NCBI GenBank assembly: GCA_964016885.1
Contig: OZ024741.1
Location: 82,894,001 to 82,958,000, forward strand
From: Eledone cirrhosa
Lineage: Eukaryota
Reading direction: 5' to 3'
DNA length: 64,000 nt
Under the pieces are notes generated by a model. The model made no database searches, had not been told where the DNA came from, and worked only from the letters and a program-made list of their open reading frames with translations. The position numbers were made by a program, and so were the translations under genes. The number at the start of each line of letters is the position of its first letter. The stretch's first letter is position 1. Of the stretch, positions 39,962-52,529 are shown in pieces.

Positions 39962-40923
39962 CAGGAGTACACCAACTTTTGTTTTTAATAGTGAGATCAT
40001 TATTCATCAGAGTACTCCATAATTGAGAAATAGGGTGCAAATATAGTAGAGAGTGAAAACACGAGAGCTGAGTTCTATCCGTTTCGATAGTAAGTTCAAT
40101 ACTGGAGATTTATCTCTCTGTTGTCAATGAACCGCCTCACTTGAACATCATATTACTAAAAAAAAAATAAAAACAGCAGCCACAATACACAGCTCCAGCC
40201 CCACATCCACACCTACACACACAAGTGCATATATGCAAAGACTGAAAATATAGGCCAACAAAAGTGTACAAGGCACAAATATAAAATGTTCCATCAAAAC
40301 ACACACACACACACACCATACATGCACAACAGATGCACACTCGCACAGACACGAACACCCACAGATACAATGCCACATACACATATAGGTACTGACGACA
40401 TTTCGATACACATGCATGTCAACACTTGCCTTGCCCGCCTATTGAAGTAAACCTAAACAACACTGCAATCATTACCAAAACAACACTCACTGATACACTA
40501 GTACACTGATATGCACATTCAATTTTATACATGACATTTACTTATTATTTTGAATAATTTACACATACGCAACACAGCAAAACATAGCAATAATAAAAGC
40601 ATACATTTACAGGCAAGCATACACAGATCTACACGAAATGGCGGACTGGCCAGATTGTCAGCTTGCCTGATGGCAAGCGGTCCCCTCGGGCGTCAACGGT
40701 AGTACTCCAGGGGCCAATACAAAAAGATTGCTTTAAAAGAAAATATCAGATGTCCTATAGAAAAAATGAAAAATTAAGAAAAAAACAACAAAAACCAATA
40801 CAACAATTAAGCATACGGGTGTCGACTTTTACATGTGATCGGGTGTACGAGGCCGAATTTTTGGTTTTTGAACCGATGAGAATATCTGTAAATATCTAAG
40901 TATAAAGAAACTGCTTCAGCGCA

Positions 40924-41132
40924 GAAATGCTGTAAAGATAGTTTATAAAATAGGGTGAACAACCTTAAATGATGGAAAAAGAATTTGCCAACGACCGCAT
41001 ATCTTTCCAGTTAGCGGTTAGAAGATATCTGGAAGGTATGGGGCTCAATTCATCGTAGCGGTCGTTTGAAAGTTCTTTTTCCTCATTTTAATTGTCTTTA
41101 CCCTATTTTATAACCAATCTTCATAGCATTTC
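40924..41132. repeat. Imperfect inverted repeat (DNA-transposon/MITE remnant); separate 38-bp hairpin at 41174-41211
   Basis: gaaatgctgtaaagatagtttataaaatagggt..aacgaccgc versus gcggtcgtt..accctattttataaccaatcttcatagcatttc. The small hairpin is actagcagaaaa/ttttctgctagt. Confidence 0.65.
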
Positions 41133-41606
41133 TACGATTGTACACTTTTTTCGTACTCATATAATTATATATACTAGCAGAAAAACCACCCGAATGGTGG
41201 TTTTCTGCTAGTGTGTGTAGTGCGTATATTGATATTATACGCAGGTATATATATACACCAAATAAAATCGTAATTAACAATATATAATACATAGAAATTG
41301 AACAAAGACTGCGTTACACAGTCTTATCTAATCAGTAACGTAATCCATGATACATTAGAAAAGAGGATATTATATATAAACTGTATTAGGATAAAATTAG
41401 TGACAGAAAATTAGTATGTTTATTTAAGCGATGGCCAAACGAAAGTGTTGACATTTGAGAAATGTTAAACAAGTGAATCTTTAAATAAACAAAATATAAT
41501 TAATCAAGAGCCACAAAATTGAGTAGATAAATTTAAAAATGTAACTAATGGGATAAACAAATTATACACCGTACGCAGTCCCGCGCTCCTTAATTTATTA
41601 TAGTTA

Positions 41607-41650
<44 letters not shown>

Positions 41651-41879
41651 ACTAGAAATTGATTTATATATATATATATATATCTAAAATAAACATGAAA
41701 CAATCACAGGGAATAATTTGTAAAAATGTGTAAGCACACGTAGCTATGTAGGTAACTAATTAAATTTTAACTAGAACTTTAAAAATAGATACCTTATAAA
41801 TGGATTAATCTTCCTTGTATAGATTTCATTAAATAAATATATTTCACCATCAATCTTTCGGTAAACCACAGTAGCCGAA

Positions 41880-42340
41880 TCCCGTATTTCGTACTTTTTG
41901 GTACTTATCAAAGCTCACTACTCCTCCTGTTTGTTGAAAATTTAAATAAGTGACATTGTCACTATTTTAAAAGAAAAGCGTATGGTCTTCAAAATGCTTT
42001 TCATTAAGCATACAGTGTATTGCAAAATACAGTATATATACATTCATATATATATCGCTATTTCAGAGCACCAATTCTAATTTTCATTTTCTGCTGGGCC
42101 CGGGACCAATTTATATAACCAGTTTCTGATTATTACTGGAATTCTATAAGAATCCAACACACATAATTTTCAGAAAACAGGGGGAGTAGAGAGCTTTGAT
42201 ACGTACCAAAAAGTACGAAACAGAGCTCTGTCAGTTTATCTCCCGTGTTTGCTGAAAATTTAAATAATTGACATTGTCAGTATTTTAAAACAATAGCGTA
42301 TGTTCTTCAAAATGCTTTTAATTAAGCATGCAGTGTATAC
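41880..42340. mobile_element. Decayed HHR-type repeat: short inverted arm + ~318-bp-period direct repeat
   Basis: 41934-42020 repeats at 42252-42340. gagct TTGATAc gtac-caaaaa-gtac GAAA cagagctctg TC agtt at 42191-42236, with an inverted copy at 41887-41916. Confidence 0.55.
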
Positions 42341-42397
42341 ATATATACATATATACATATATATTTGTATGTATGTATGTGTGTGTGTGTGTGTGTA

Positions 42398-43235
42398 TAA
42401 ATATTTCGTATCTCCAAAGAAATACGGTTTTAGGAAGCCGTAGCTATGCAAACAGCGGGGTGCTAACGATATCTGGTGATCTCCAGCAGAAGCAAGGGGG
42501 ACGGTTCGTCTATGCATTTCAGGCTTAACTGGCCTTCGTCAGGACGGTCCCTCCCACCGCTTGCGACTGCTGGACTAGAAGACAGGCGAGAATATATACG
42601 TTTTTCGTCTGTGTAAATGAGGTGATTAATCTCAATTGCATATGAAGCTATTTAGCCTGAAATGCATGGACGGTTGTCCCCCTTGCTTCTGCTGGACATC
42701 ACTAGACAGCTTTAACCCCCCGGTTTTTTGCATAGCTAAAAACTGTATTTCTTTGGAGATACAAAATATTTATACGTATGTATAAAGCTATGCTTGAAGA
42801 AAAATCCTATTTCTTTTTTATTATAATTTGAACCAGCTTACGATGCTTCATATGCAAATGACATTAATCACCTCATTAACACAGACGAGAAAAGTATATA
42901 TTCTCGCCTGTCTTCTAGTACTACAGTCGCTAGCGGTGGGAGGGACCGTCTTGACGAAGGCCAGTTAAGCCTGAAATCCATAGACGGTTGTCCCCTTTGC
43001 TTCTGCTGGACATCACCAGACGGCGTTAGCCCTCCGGTGTTTGCATAACTACAGCTTCCTAAAACCGTATTTCTTTGGAGATACGAAATATTTATACATA
43101 TTGTATGAAGCTATGCTTGAAGCCAAATCCTATTTCTTTCTTATTATAAGTTGAGCCAGCTTATGCAGCTTCATATGCAAATGAGATTAATCACCTCGTT
43201 TACACAGACGAGAAACGTATATATTTCTCCTGTCT
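42398..43235. mobile_element. HHR repeat family 3: inverted arm (42398-42650) + ~1.8 direct units of ~315-320 bp
   Basis: Left arm is the reverse complement of 42845-43095. Direct repeats gcctgaaat.cat.gacggttgtcccc at ~42655 and ~42969. Confidence 0.85.
42507..42546 (-). ncRNA. Minimal type I hammerhead ribozyme (family 3); mutated plus-strand copy at 42945-42988
   Basis: Reverse complement: cgtc CTGACGA aggc-cagttaa-gcct GAAA tgca TA gacg, with palindromic ATGCAT stem III. Confidence 0.8.
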
Positions 43236-43344
43236 CGTGTTGTTATTTCTGTTTACATATTACAGACACACAGACACCTATATATATATATGTATATATA
43301 TACACACACAAACACACACATATATATATATAATGGTAGACTTA

Positions 43345-43373
43345 AACCCGGGCAACGCCTAGTATGGCTGCTA

Positions 43374-43375
<2 letters not shown>
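43345..43375 (+). mobile_element. Helitron-type 3' terminus (GC-rich hairpin remnant + CTAG|T)
   Basis: cccgggcaacgcctagtatggctgCTAGt followed by (TA)n. Confidence 0.45.
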
Positions 43376-44598
<1,223 letters not shown>

Positions 44599-44749
44599 TG
44601 TATATATATATATACAAATATATATATATATACATATATACATATATAAATATATATGCATATATCTATATGTATATATATATGCATATATATATATATG
44701 TATATATATGCATATATCTATATGTATATATATACATATATATATATAT

Positions 44750-44856
<107 letters not shown>

Positions 44857-44914
44857 CATATATATATACACGCGCACACAGACACACACATACATATATA
44901 TGTATATATCTATC

Positions 44915-45445
44915 AGGGTTTCTCTTACTTGCCACTCTGGAACATCCAACGTATAGCTGACCGTGCGAAAAGCATGGCTCTTCTAGGTTTATTCCTGCGA
45001 AGGACTATATTTGGTCCTGAGACTTATTTAACGTCATAGCGAGACTACAACGAACTGGAAACTGGAGCTTCCTAAATGAAAAGGGGATCTCTGATGTTGA
45101 CGGACAAAGGAGAATCCTTGGGACAAAAACATTTTCCCCCTTTCCACACCCCGAGAAAATCGTCGCTTGGATCACGTTTTGCATTAGTTTATTTTCTGTA
45201 AGGAGGTACCGTTGCAGAGTTTTGGTGGGTGTAGATTCCTCAAAAGCATAATTGGGCATCCTTGCTTAAGTTCTAATCGATGAGATGGCAACCCGGAGGG
45301 TTTCAATGAGTTAAGAAACTAAATTGGGTAGTTAATGGGGTCTGTGACTGTATCGATGAACTTGTATGTGCACGAAGCTGTAGGAAGAGACATAAGCAGT
45401 TGTCCGTTAATTTTGTCGACAGTCTCAGTTTTCGGAGCCAGTATA
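44915..45445 (-). pseudogene. Helitron RepHel PIF1-helicase C-terminal fragment
   Basis: [57 protein letters not shown] and [11 protein letters not shown]. Confidence 0.88.
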
Positions 45446-45519
45446 TTAGAGTCGGACACCATGCTTTGAAGCATAGAGTTACTAGCGATTTCCTGAAATA
45501 ACTCAGTTTTGGTAGCTAT

Positions 45520-47490
45520 ACACCATTATATTCCCGCATTCTGCTGCGAATCATAAGGCACCCCAACTTTATAAAACACCGATACAGAGAATCATACAAT
45601 CCTAATAACACATGCATAAACACATTCAGATACATAGATATGTTTCTTTTATTTGCCACCAGGGCATCAAAAGTGGAAAAAGTACGATGGGGGGAGTTTA
45701 CAAAACAAGGCGTCCTCAATAAGGAGGAGGCAATAACAATATATAAAAATAAAATAAAATATAACAAAACATAAAATTTATAACACAGTCTTCAATAGAG
45801 AGGAGGCGCCTTGGGGGGTCGCACACACCCCGAAAAAAAGTGTGCAACCCTTCACCTCAGGAGCACAGAGAAGGGGTGCTCCCTTGGTCTTTCATCTTCC
45901 TCACTTATAGTCAGATGTAGAGTGAAGGCCCATTCACACGGGCCATTCTCGCCACTTTCACCCATCTTTCATAAAAACGGCTGGGGTGCAGCACCTCTCT
46001 CTCCATCCTGATCCTTCTTCCGAAATGATATCGGAAGAAACGGACCAGTTGTTGGCCAGAGAGAAAGGTGTCTGACCTCAGTCCTTTCAGACGTGTCCAC
46101 CATGCAACCTCTTTCGCCATGGCTATTACGCACAGAAACACCGCCTCTCCTTCGTTTTTGAAGAGGGGAGGCGGCTTGATCGTTACAATAGACCCGGTGG
46201 TCAACCGGATCGGTCCCACCCTTGATAGCAGTTGTTCGACATAGCCCCACAGATCGGCAATGCCCGAGCAGTGTACCAATGCGTGTGCAACGGTTTCCGC
46301 GTCGCACACGCATCTGGGACAGATCTTTTTCGAGGGGTCCCTACCCGGGCGCCCGTGTCTGTAGAGCCTTTCTCGAACGGGCAGAGCCCTTCTATAGCAT
46401 TGCCAGGCCAGGGACCTCTAGAAGTTATCCATGGGTCCCGGGCTGAATGTCCTATCGAACAGGTTGGCCAGTTCGTCTTCCTCCATGCCTAGGGCTTCTC
46501 CGAGGGCGTCGTCGCAATTTATAACCACCAGCCCTCTATAGAATAACGAGGTGGATTCTCCACTGACAGCCGGGTCCGCCTGCCAGAGAGCCGTGAGCGC
46601 CAGGGCACACTCGGTGTGCCAGGCGCCCAGTTTTCTCGGTCTTTGCTTGACCCAGGATTGCAGCTAGGTGAGTGAGACGAGTCTGGGAAAGGCTCGCCTC
46701 ACAAACGGGGCCCACACCCGTTGATCGGAGAGGAATACCTGAAGGTGCCGTAGCCTTAATGCGTGTTTACGTATCATTAGCCACGGCATCCCCAGCCCTC
46801 CTTTCGAAGGGTGTTGACAGCAGATGGATCTCTTCACCATAGGAGCCCGCTTCTTCCAAAGGAATTGGAAGAGTGCGCGCTCCATTTTGGCGAGCGTTTC
46901 CCTTGGGCAAGGCACAACGGTCAGGCGGTAGTAGATGACGGACGCTATATAAGTGTTCGCCACCTCCGCCCGACCTTTCAGGGACAGTTTGCACTCGGCC
47001 GACTTCTGGGTCAGTGCAAACACCCTGTTCGTTACCTCACCCCAGTTCTTCTCCACCTGGAGGTCTGGTCCGAACCAGACCCCGAGCAACTTCACCGGGC
47101 CCTCCGTCCAGCGCCCGACGACGCCATCGGAAGGCATCGATCTGCCCCTCGACGTGCCGAGTTGCAGACCGATCGACTTGTCCCGGTTCAGCTTAACCCT
47201 GTAAACCTTTCGTACTCCTCCAGTAAGGTGCCGATCGCCCCGATTTCCTAGGCCGTCGACACCATTACTGTTACGTCATCGGCGTAGGCTGACACTGCTT
47301 TCCGCAATCCCGGTTCCAACGGGATGCCCTGCAACAACTCCAACTTCTGCAGCAGTGGCTCTAGAGTCATTACATACAGAAGGGAGGAGAGAGGGCACCC
47401 CTGTCGGATGGACCGCGCGATTTCGAACGGCTCCGAGAGGTAGCCGTTCACCTTGACCCTAGAGCAGATGCGGCTGCTGTGCATGGCATT
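45520..47490 (-). mobile_element. 5'-truncated Tx1/L1-clade LINE (RT core to C-terminal zinc knuckle, 3' UTR)
   Basis: SIRQGCPLSSLLY..LEPLL..YADD, VKLLGVWF, LSLKGRAEVAN, KGGLGMP, C..ETVAHALVHC. A few stops/frameshifts; GC-rich. The 3' boundary is approximate. Confidence 0.9.
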
Positions 47491-47665
47491 GATCCAGTCA
47501 GATACATAGATAATAACCTCAAAATATCACCCAAACGCACGAACCTGTACAAATATGAGCACATACATAATGAATTCACAGGCACACACAGAAGATATGA
47601 TATTAAACCCAATAGACACACTAATAACCGCATAATCTAACCCAAACACACGAATGTGTACACAT

Positions 47666-48090
47666 ATGTACACATGGAAACTAATAAAGAATTCAAAGTA
47701 CACACATGTGTATACACATGTACACATAAAATGCATAAACATTCAGATACACACTCGTACTGAACACACACACACACGCACATACACACACACATATATA
47801 AACATACACACACACTCGAGTGGACTCATATACAGACCATAGCTACACGAAAAATTCCCAGATACAGGCATATGTACACATGGAAACTAATAAAGAATTC
47901 AAAGTACTCAAATGTGTATACACATGTACACATAAAATGCATAAAAATTCAGATACACACTCATACATAAATACACACACACACACACACACGCACAGAC
48001 ACACATACACACATACACACCTATATAAACATACACACACACTCAAGTGGACTCATATACATAGCTACACGAAAAATTCCCAGATACACG
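47666..48090 (+). repeat. Tandem duplication, ~205-bp period, CA-rich
   Basis: tatgtacacatggaaactaataaagaattcaaagtac and catagctacacgaaaa(a)ttcccagatac each occur twice. Confidence 0.85.
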
Positions 48091-48554
48091 CAGATGCACA
48101 CGCAGGTACACTTCCATAAATCATATACAATTCATATACACTCGCGCGCACAGAAAAGCTGTAATCAACATCTACGAAATGCATTCTATCTGTACACACA
48201 TAAAACCATCCATGACCCAACTGGACTCTCCACTTCGACACTCAACTCTGCGCTCCTGTCTACCCTCTTCAGCCATCTTAAAACGACTATTACAACCTTC
48301 TTCCCCTCTGTCTCCGAACATTGCTATTTCCAGAAGAAGGACTTATACCTGATACATTGGGACCTTCATTTACATCTATAATGGCTTTTAATCTAGACAC
48401 AAGAAATTAGACGGGTTTTGAGAATCGATATCCTCGACATAAGTACTTGCTACGTGTTATTGACTCATAGGAAGAAATCAATATTGACATCGGTGAGATT
48501 CGATCTTTGAAATTGAAAAGCCGAACAAAATATTATGAAGCACTTCCTCCGAAT

Positions 48555-48654
<100 letters not shown>

Positions 48655-48679
48655 ATGTATATATATATATATATATATA

Positions 48680-48737
48680 TAAGTATGTATGTATACGTAC
48701 ATACATATATGTACACAGACATACAGCAGCATGCATA

Positions 48738-48775
<38 letters not shown>

Positions 48776-50033
48776 CACACATATATATGCCTGACCGATT
48801 TAACTCACTCAATATGCAAATTAGGCTGCTCAGCCGTTAATTTTCATAAGAAAAGTATATACTTTCGAACGTTCAACCATCTGGCAGATGGGTATACGGT
48901 GCTGATGATAGCTAACAAGCTTGAAACTAGTACATCGTTCCTGTGTTAGTATTGAACAAAAAGGTGACGTGGTTGCCTTAACACCGTATGGCATAACTTA
49001 AGGCTGTTCAGTTTGTTTACAAACGAACAAAGCGGCGTTATAATAAGCGTCCGCTAAACTGATACGTGCATATATGTATGTGTACCTGTATGTATATATG
49101 TGTATATATATATATATATATATGCATGCTACTGTACGTCTGTATACATGTGTGTATGTACGTATACATACATACTTACATTTAAGTAAGTGCCATACTA
49201 AGAGTGAGAAATGAAATTTCGTTTTCATTTTATTTCAACTTATCGTTTTCGGTATGCCTGACCGATTTAACTCACTCAATATGCAAATTAGGCTGCTCAG
49301 CCGTTAATTTTCATAAGGAAAGTATATACTTTCGAACGTTCAACTATCTGGCAGATGGGTATACGGTGCTGATGATAGCTAACAAGCTTGAAACTAGTAC
49401 ATCGTTCCTGTGTTAGTGTTGAAGAATAAGGTGACGTGGTTGCCTTAACACCGTATGGCATAAATTCAGGCTGCTCTGTTTGTTTACAAACGAACAAAGC
49501 GGCGTTATAATAAGCGTCCGCTAAACTGATACGTGCATATATGTATGTGTACCTGTATGTATATATGTGTATATATATATATATATATATGCATGCTACT
49601 GTACGTCTGTATACATATATGTATGTACGTATACATACATACTTACATTTAAGTAAGTGCCATACTAGGAGTGAGAAATGAAATTTCGTTTTCATTTTAT
49701 TTCAACTTATCGTTTTCGGTATGCCTGACCGATTTAACTCACTCAACATGCAAATTAGGCTGCTCAGCTGTGAATTTTCATAAGGAAAGTATATACTTTC
49801 GAACGTTCAACTATCTGGCAGATGGGTATACGGTGCTGATGATAGCTAACAAGCTTGAAACTAGTACATCGTTCCTGTGTTGTTGAACAAAAAGGTGACG
49901 CGGTTGCCATAACACCGTATGGCATAAATTCAGGCTGCTCTGTTTGTTTACAAACGAACAAAGCGGCGTTATAATAAGCGTCCGCTAAACTGATACGTGC
50001 ATATATGTATGTGTACCTGTATGTATATGTGTG

Positions 50034-50073
<40 letters not shown>

Positions 50074-50186
50074 TGCTACTGTACGTCTGTGTACATATAT
50101 GTATGTACGTATACATACATACTTACATTTAAGTAAGTGCCATACTAAGAGTGAGAAATGAAATTTCGTTTTCATTTTATTTCAAC

Positions 50187-50187
<1 letters not shown>
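48680..50187. mobile_element. HHR repeat family 2: ~105-bp inverted arm + 3 direct units of 467 bp, within (TA)n
   Basis: HHRs at 48896, 49363 and 49830 (467-bp spacing). 48680-48735 is the reverse complement of gcatgctactgtacgtctgtgtacatatatgtatgtacgtatacatacatactta. Confidence 0.9.
48896..48938 (+). ncRNA. Minimal type I hammerhead ribozyme (family 2); also 49363-49405 and 49830-49872
   Basis: acggtg CTGATGA t agct-aaca-agct t GAAA c-ta-g TA catcgt. GUA site, palindromic ACTAGT stem III, U.U at the base of stem II. Confidence 0.8.
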
Positions 50188-50257
<70 letters not shown>

Positions 50258-50564
50258 AGTGGAAGATTAGTAAAATCGAATCTTTGGCTGTGGGCAAGCA
50301 AAGTCGACCCACAATATCAATGAGTTAACATACGTTTAAATAGCTTCACAAATTGAACATTGTAGTAGGCAAAACCTAACACACAATACCAAAGTAACGA
50401 ACAAACTAACAGATTAAAAATATACACTTGAACAAATCAAACGATATACGTTTAAAGTGTTTCTATGAATCTGCAATCAAATATCCGACTTACGTAACAG
50501 GCACGCACGTGGTATTCCATGATCGAACAGAGGATTCATTTCATCAATAGGGATTTCGTTCTTC

Positions 50565-50619
<55 letters not shown>

Positions 50620-50831
50620 ACGCTCAAAATGCGCAAGGTTTATCTCCCTTTCAAAATCTCTCATATCAAATATACATACTAAAACGCATCTCTACAACAT
50701 AACAGACTAAGTATACACCTGCTTCCTGAAGGATTAACGTCAATCGTTAAACCAATACATATCTTCGTTGTATAGTAGCGTTTCTCTGGGTTGTGTGTTC
50801 GTTTACGTTTCGCATACGCACACACACACAC

Positions 50832-50879
<48 letters not shown>

Positions 50880-50881
<2 letters not shown>

Positions 50882-51484
50882 CACATGGTGGCTGCCAACT
50901 CGTTTTCGAGTACGGCCACTACTTTATATCCATATAGGAGAACCCCTACCGATGCGCTGAACGAGTGACTTTTTAGTCCAGCCAGCGACTTGAAAACTCT
51001 GGTACAAACACTACACTTGTGACAAATATTGACACATAGTGCTGGGCCCATGGTACCCTGTGACGACAAGTGCAGAGAGATCTCCAGATATAAAGCAATG
51101 CCTGTGCCGTGAAGCTTTTATAGTGAGCAAAGGCACTGCACAAATCCAGTCCCACTCTCTTAACCAAGATGATATTTACCAAAAAGAAGAACAAGTCAAC
51201 ATCATTGGATACCATCAGAGTTGCAGGTGTTATATCAGAGTTTTCCTTCTCCTAGAATTCTGCCTTGACAAAGGCTAAAGGGTCATCTCTCCCGGTGATT
51301 TTGGATGGCCATTGACTCTTAAGAGCTCCTTTGCCCTTTGACAGGTCTTGTTTTTAGTCCTGCAGGATGTCCAAAGTCACCCTCCTCACCAAGAAACCTT
51401 GGTGGGGTTGCCAGTTTAGTCGCCAACGACCCGACCATGGGTCAGGTTGTACTGGGATACATGTTACCAGTAGCACCAACTGAC
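50880..51484 (-). mobile_element. Internally deleted RTE-derived element (5' UTR-like part + C-terminal zinc finger); related copy at 60350-60775
   Basis: CSVCTRVFKSLAGLKSH C2H2-like end typical of RTE ORF termini. cttggtggggttgcc(a/g)gtttagtcgcc and atgttaccagtag are shared with 60690-60762. Confidence 0.55.
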
Positions 51485-52073
51485 ATGGATGGACCAAAGC
51501 CATACGGACACCCAAAACATCCACATATATATATATATACATACATACATATATGTATATATAAATACATATATATATATATATATATATATACATTCAT
51601 ATATATACATTCATATATATGTGTGTGTGTGTATGTGTGTGTATGTGTCAATACATGTTTGTAAGTATGCCTGTTTATGCAATCATTGAATATCTACATG
51701 TTCTTCGGCAGTCATCTAGTAATCCAGAAAATTAAATACGTCTACTTCCTAATATCAGAAATACACTACTTTCCTTACTTGTTTATATACAAATGAAGGA
51801 AGAGTTTTTGCCACTCACCTACTTAGGTTATTCCTTAGCAAAACATAACATAACCGAACGAAAATATCTAACCTACCGTTCCATTTAATCTCACAGACAT
51901 TCTATTCCCCATTCCTCATTATAACCAGGAATATAGATTAAATATGACTACTTTTCCGTTTTCTTTTCATGTACAAAAACATACTATTATTCCTATATTT
52001 TGGCGTTGTATCATCAGAACAATACTCGATGTACAATATACTAAGGTATATGTACATCTATACCCCACCCCCA

Positions 52074-52121
<48 letters not shown>

Positions 52122-52529
52122 TATGTCGTGCTGATAGTTAAAAAGTTTTCGTTGATAAAACAAGAAAAATATTAGAGGAGACACTACATGAAATAGTTCT
52201 GATGTAGATTTTAATAGGCATACTTGAACATAGATCATGGAAATAAATATATATATATAGATATATATATATACAGAAAGGGAGAGAGAGAGAGTGGGGG
52301 GGGAAGAGAGAGAGGAAGAGACAGAGGGGGAGAGAGGCGTGTGTGTGTATGTGGTTGTAAGTGAATGTACATATTTGTTTTCATCTGAAAATGCAATTAT
52401 TTCTTCATAAAGTAAAGTAGAAACTTTCTGCGCGATAATTCTTGATTTTTATAAAGTAGGAAATTGTGTGTTAAAAATGCACACTCACACACATAAACAC
52501 ACATTTTTATACACAGACGCAAACGTGTT

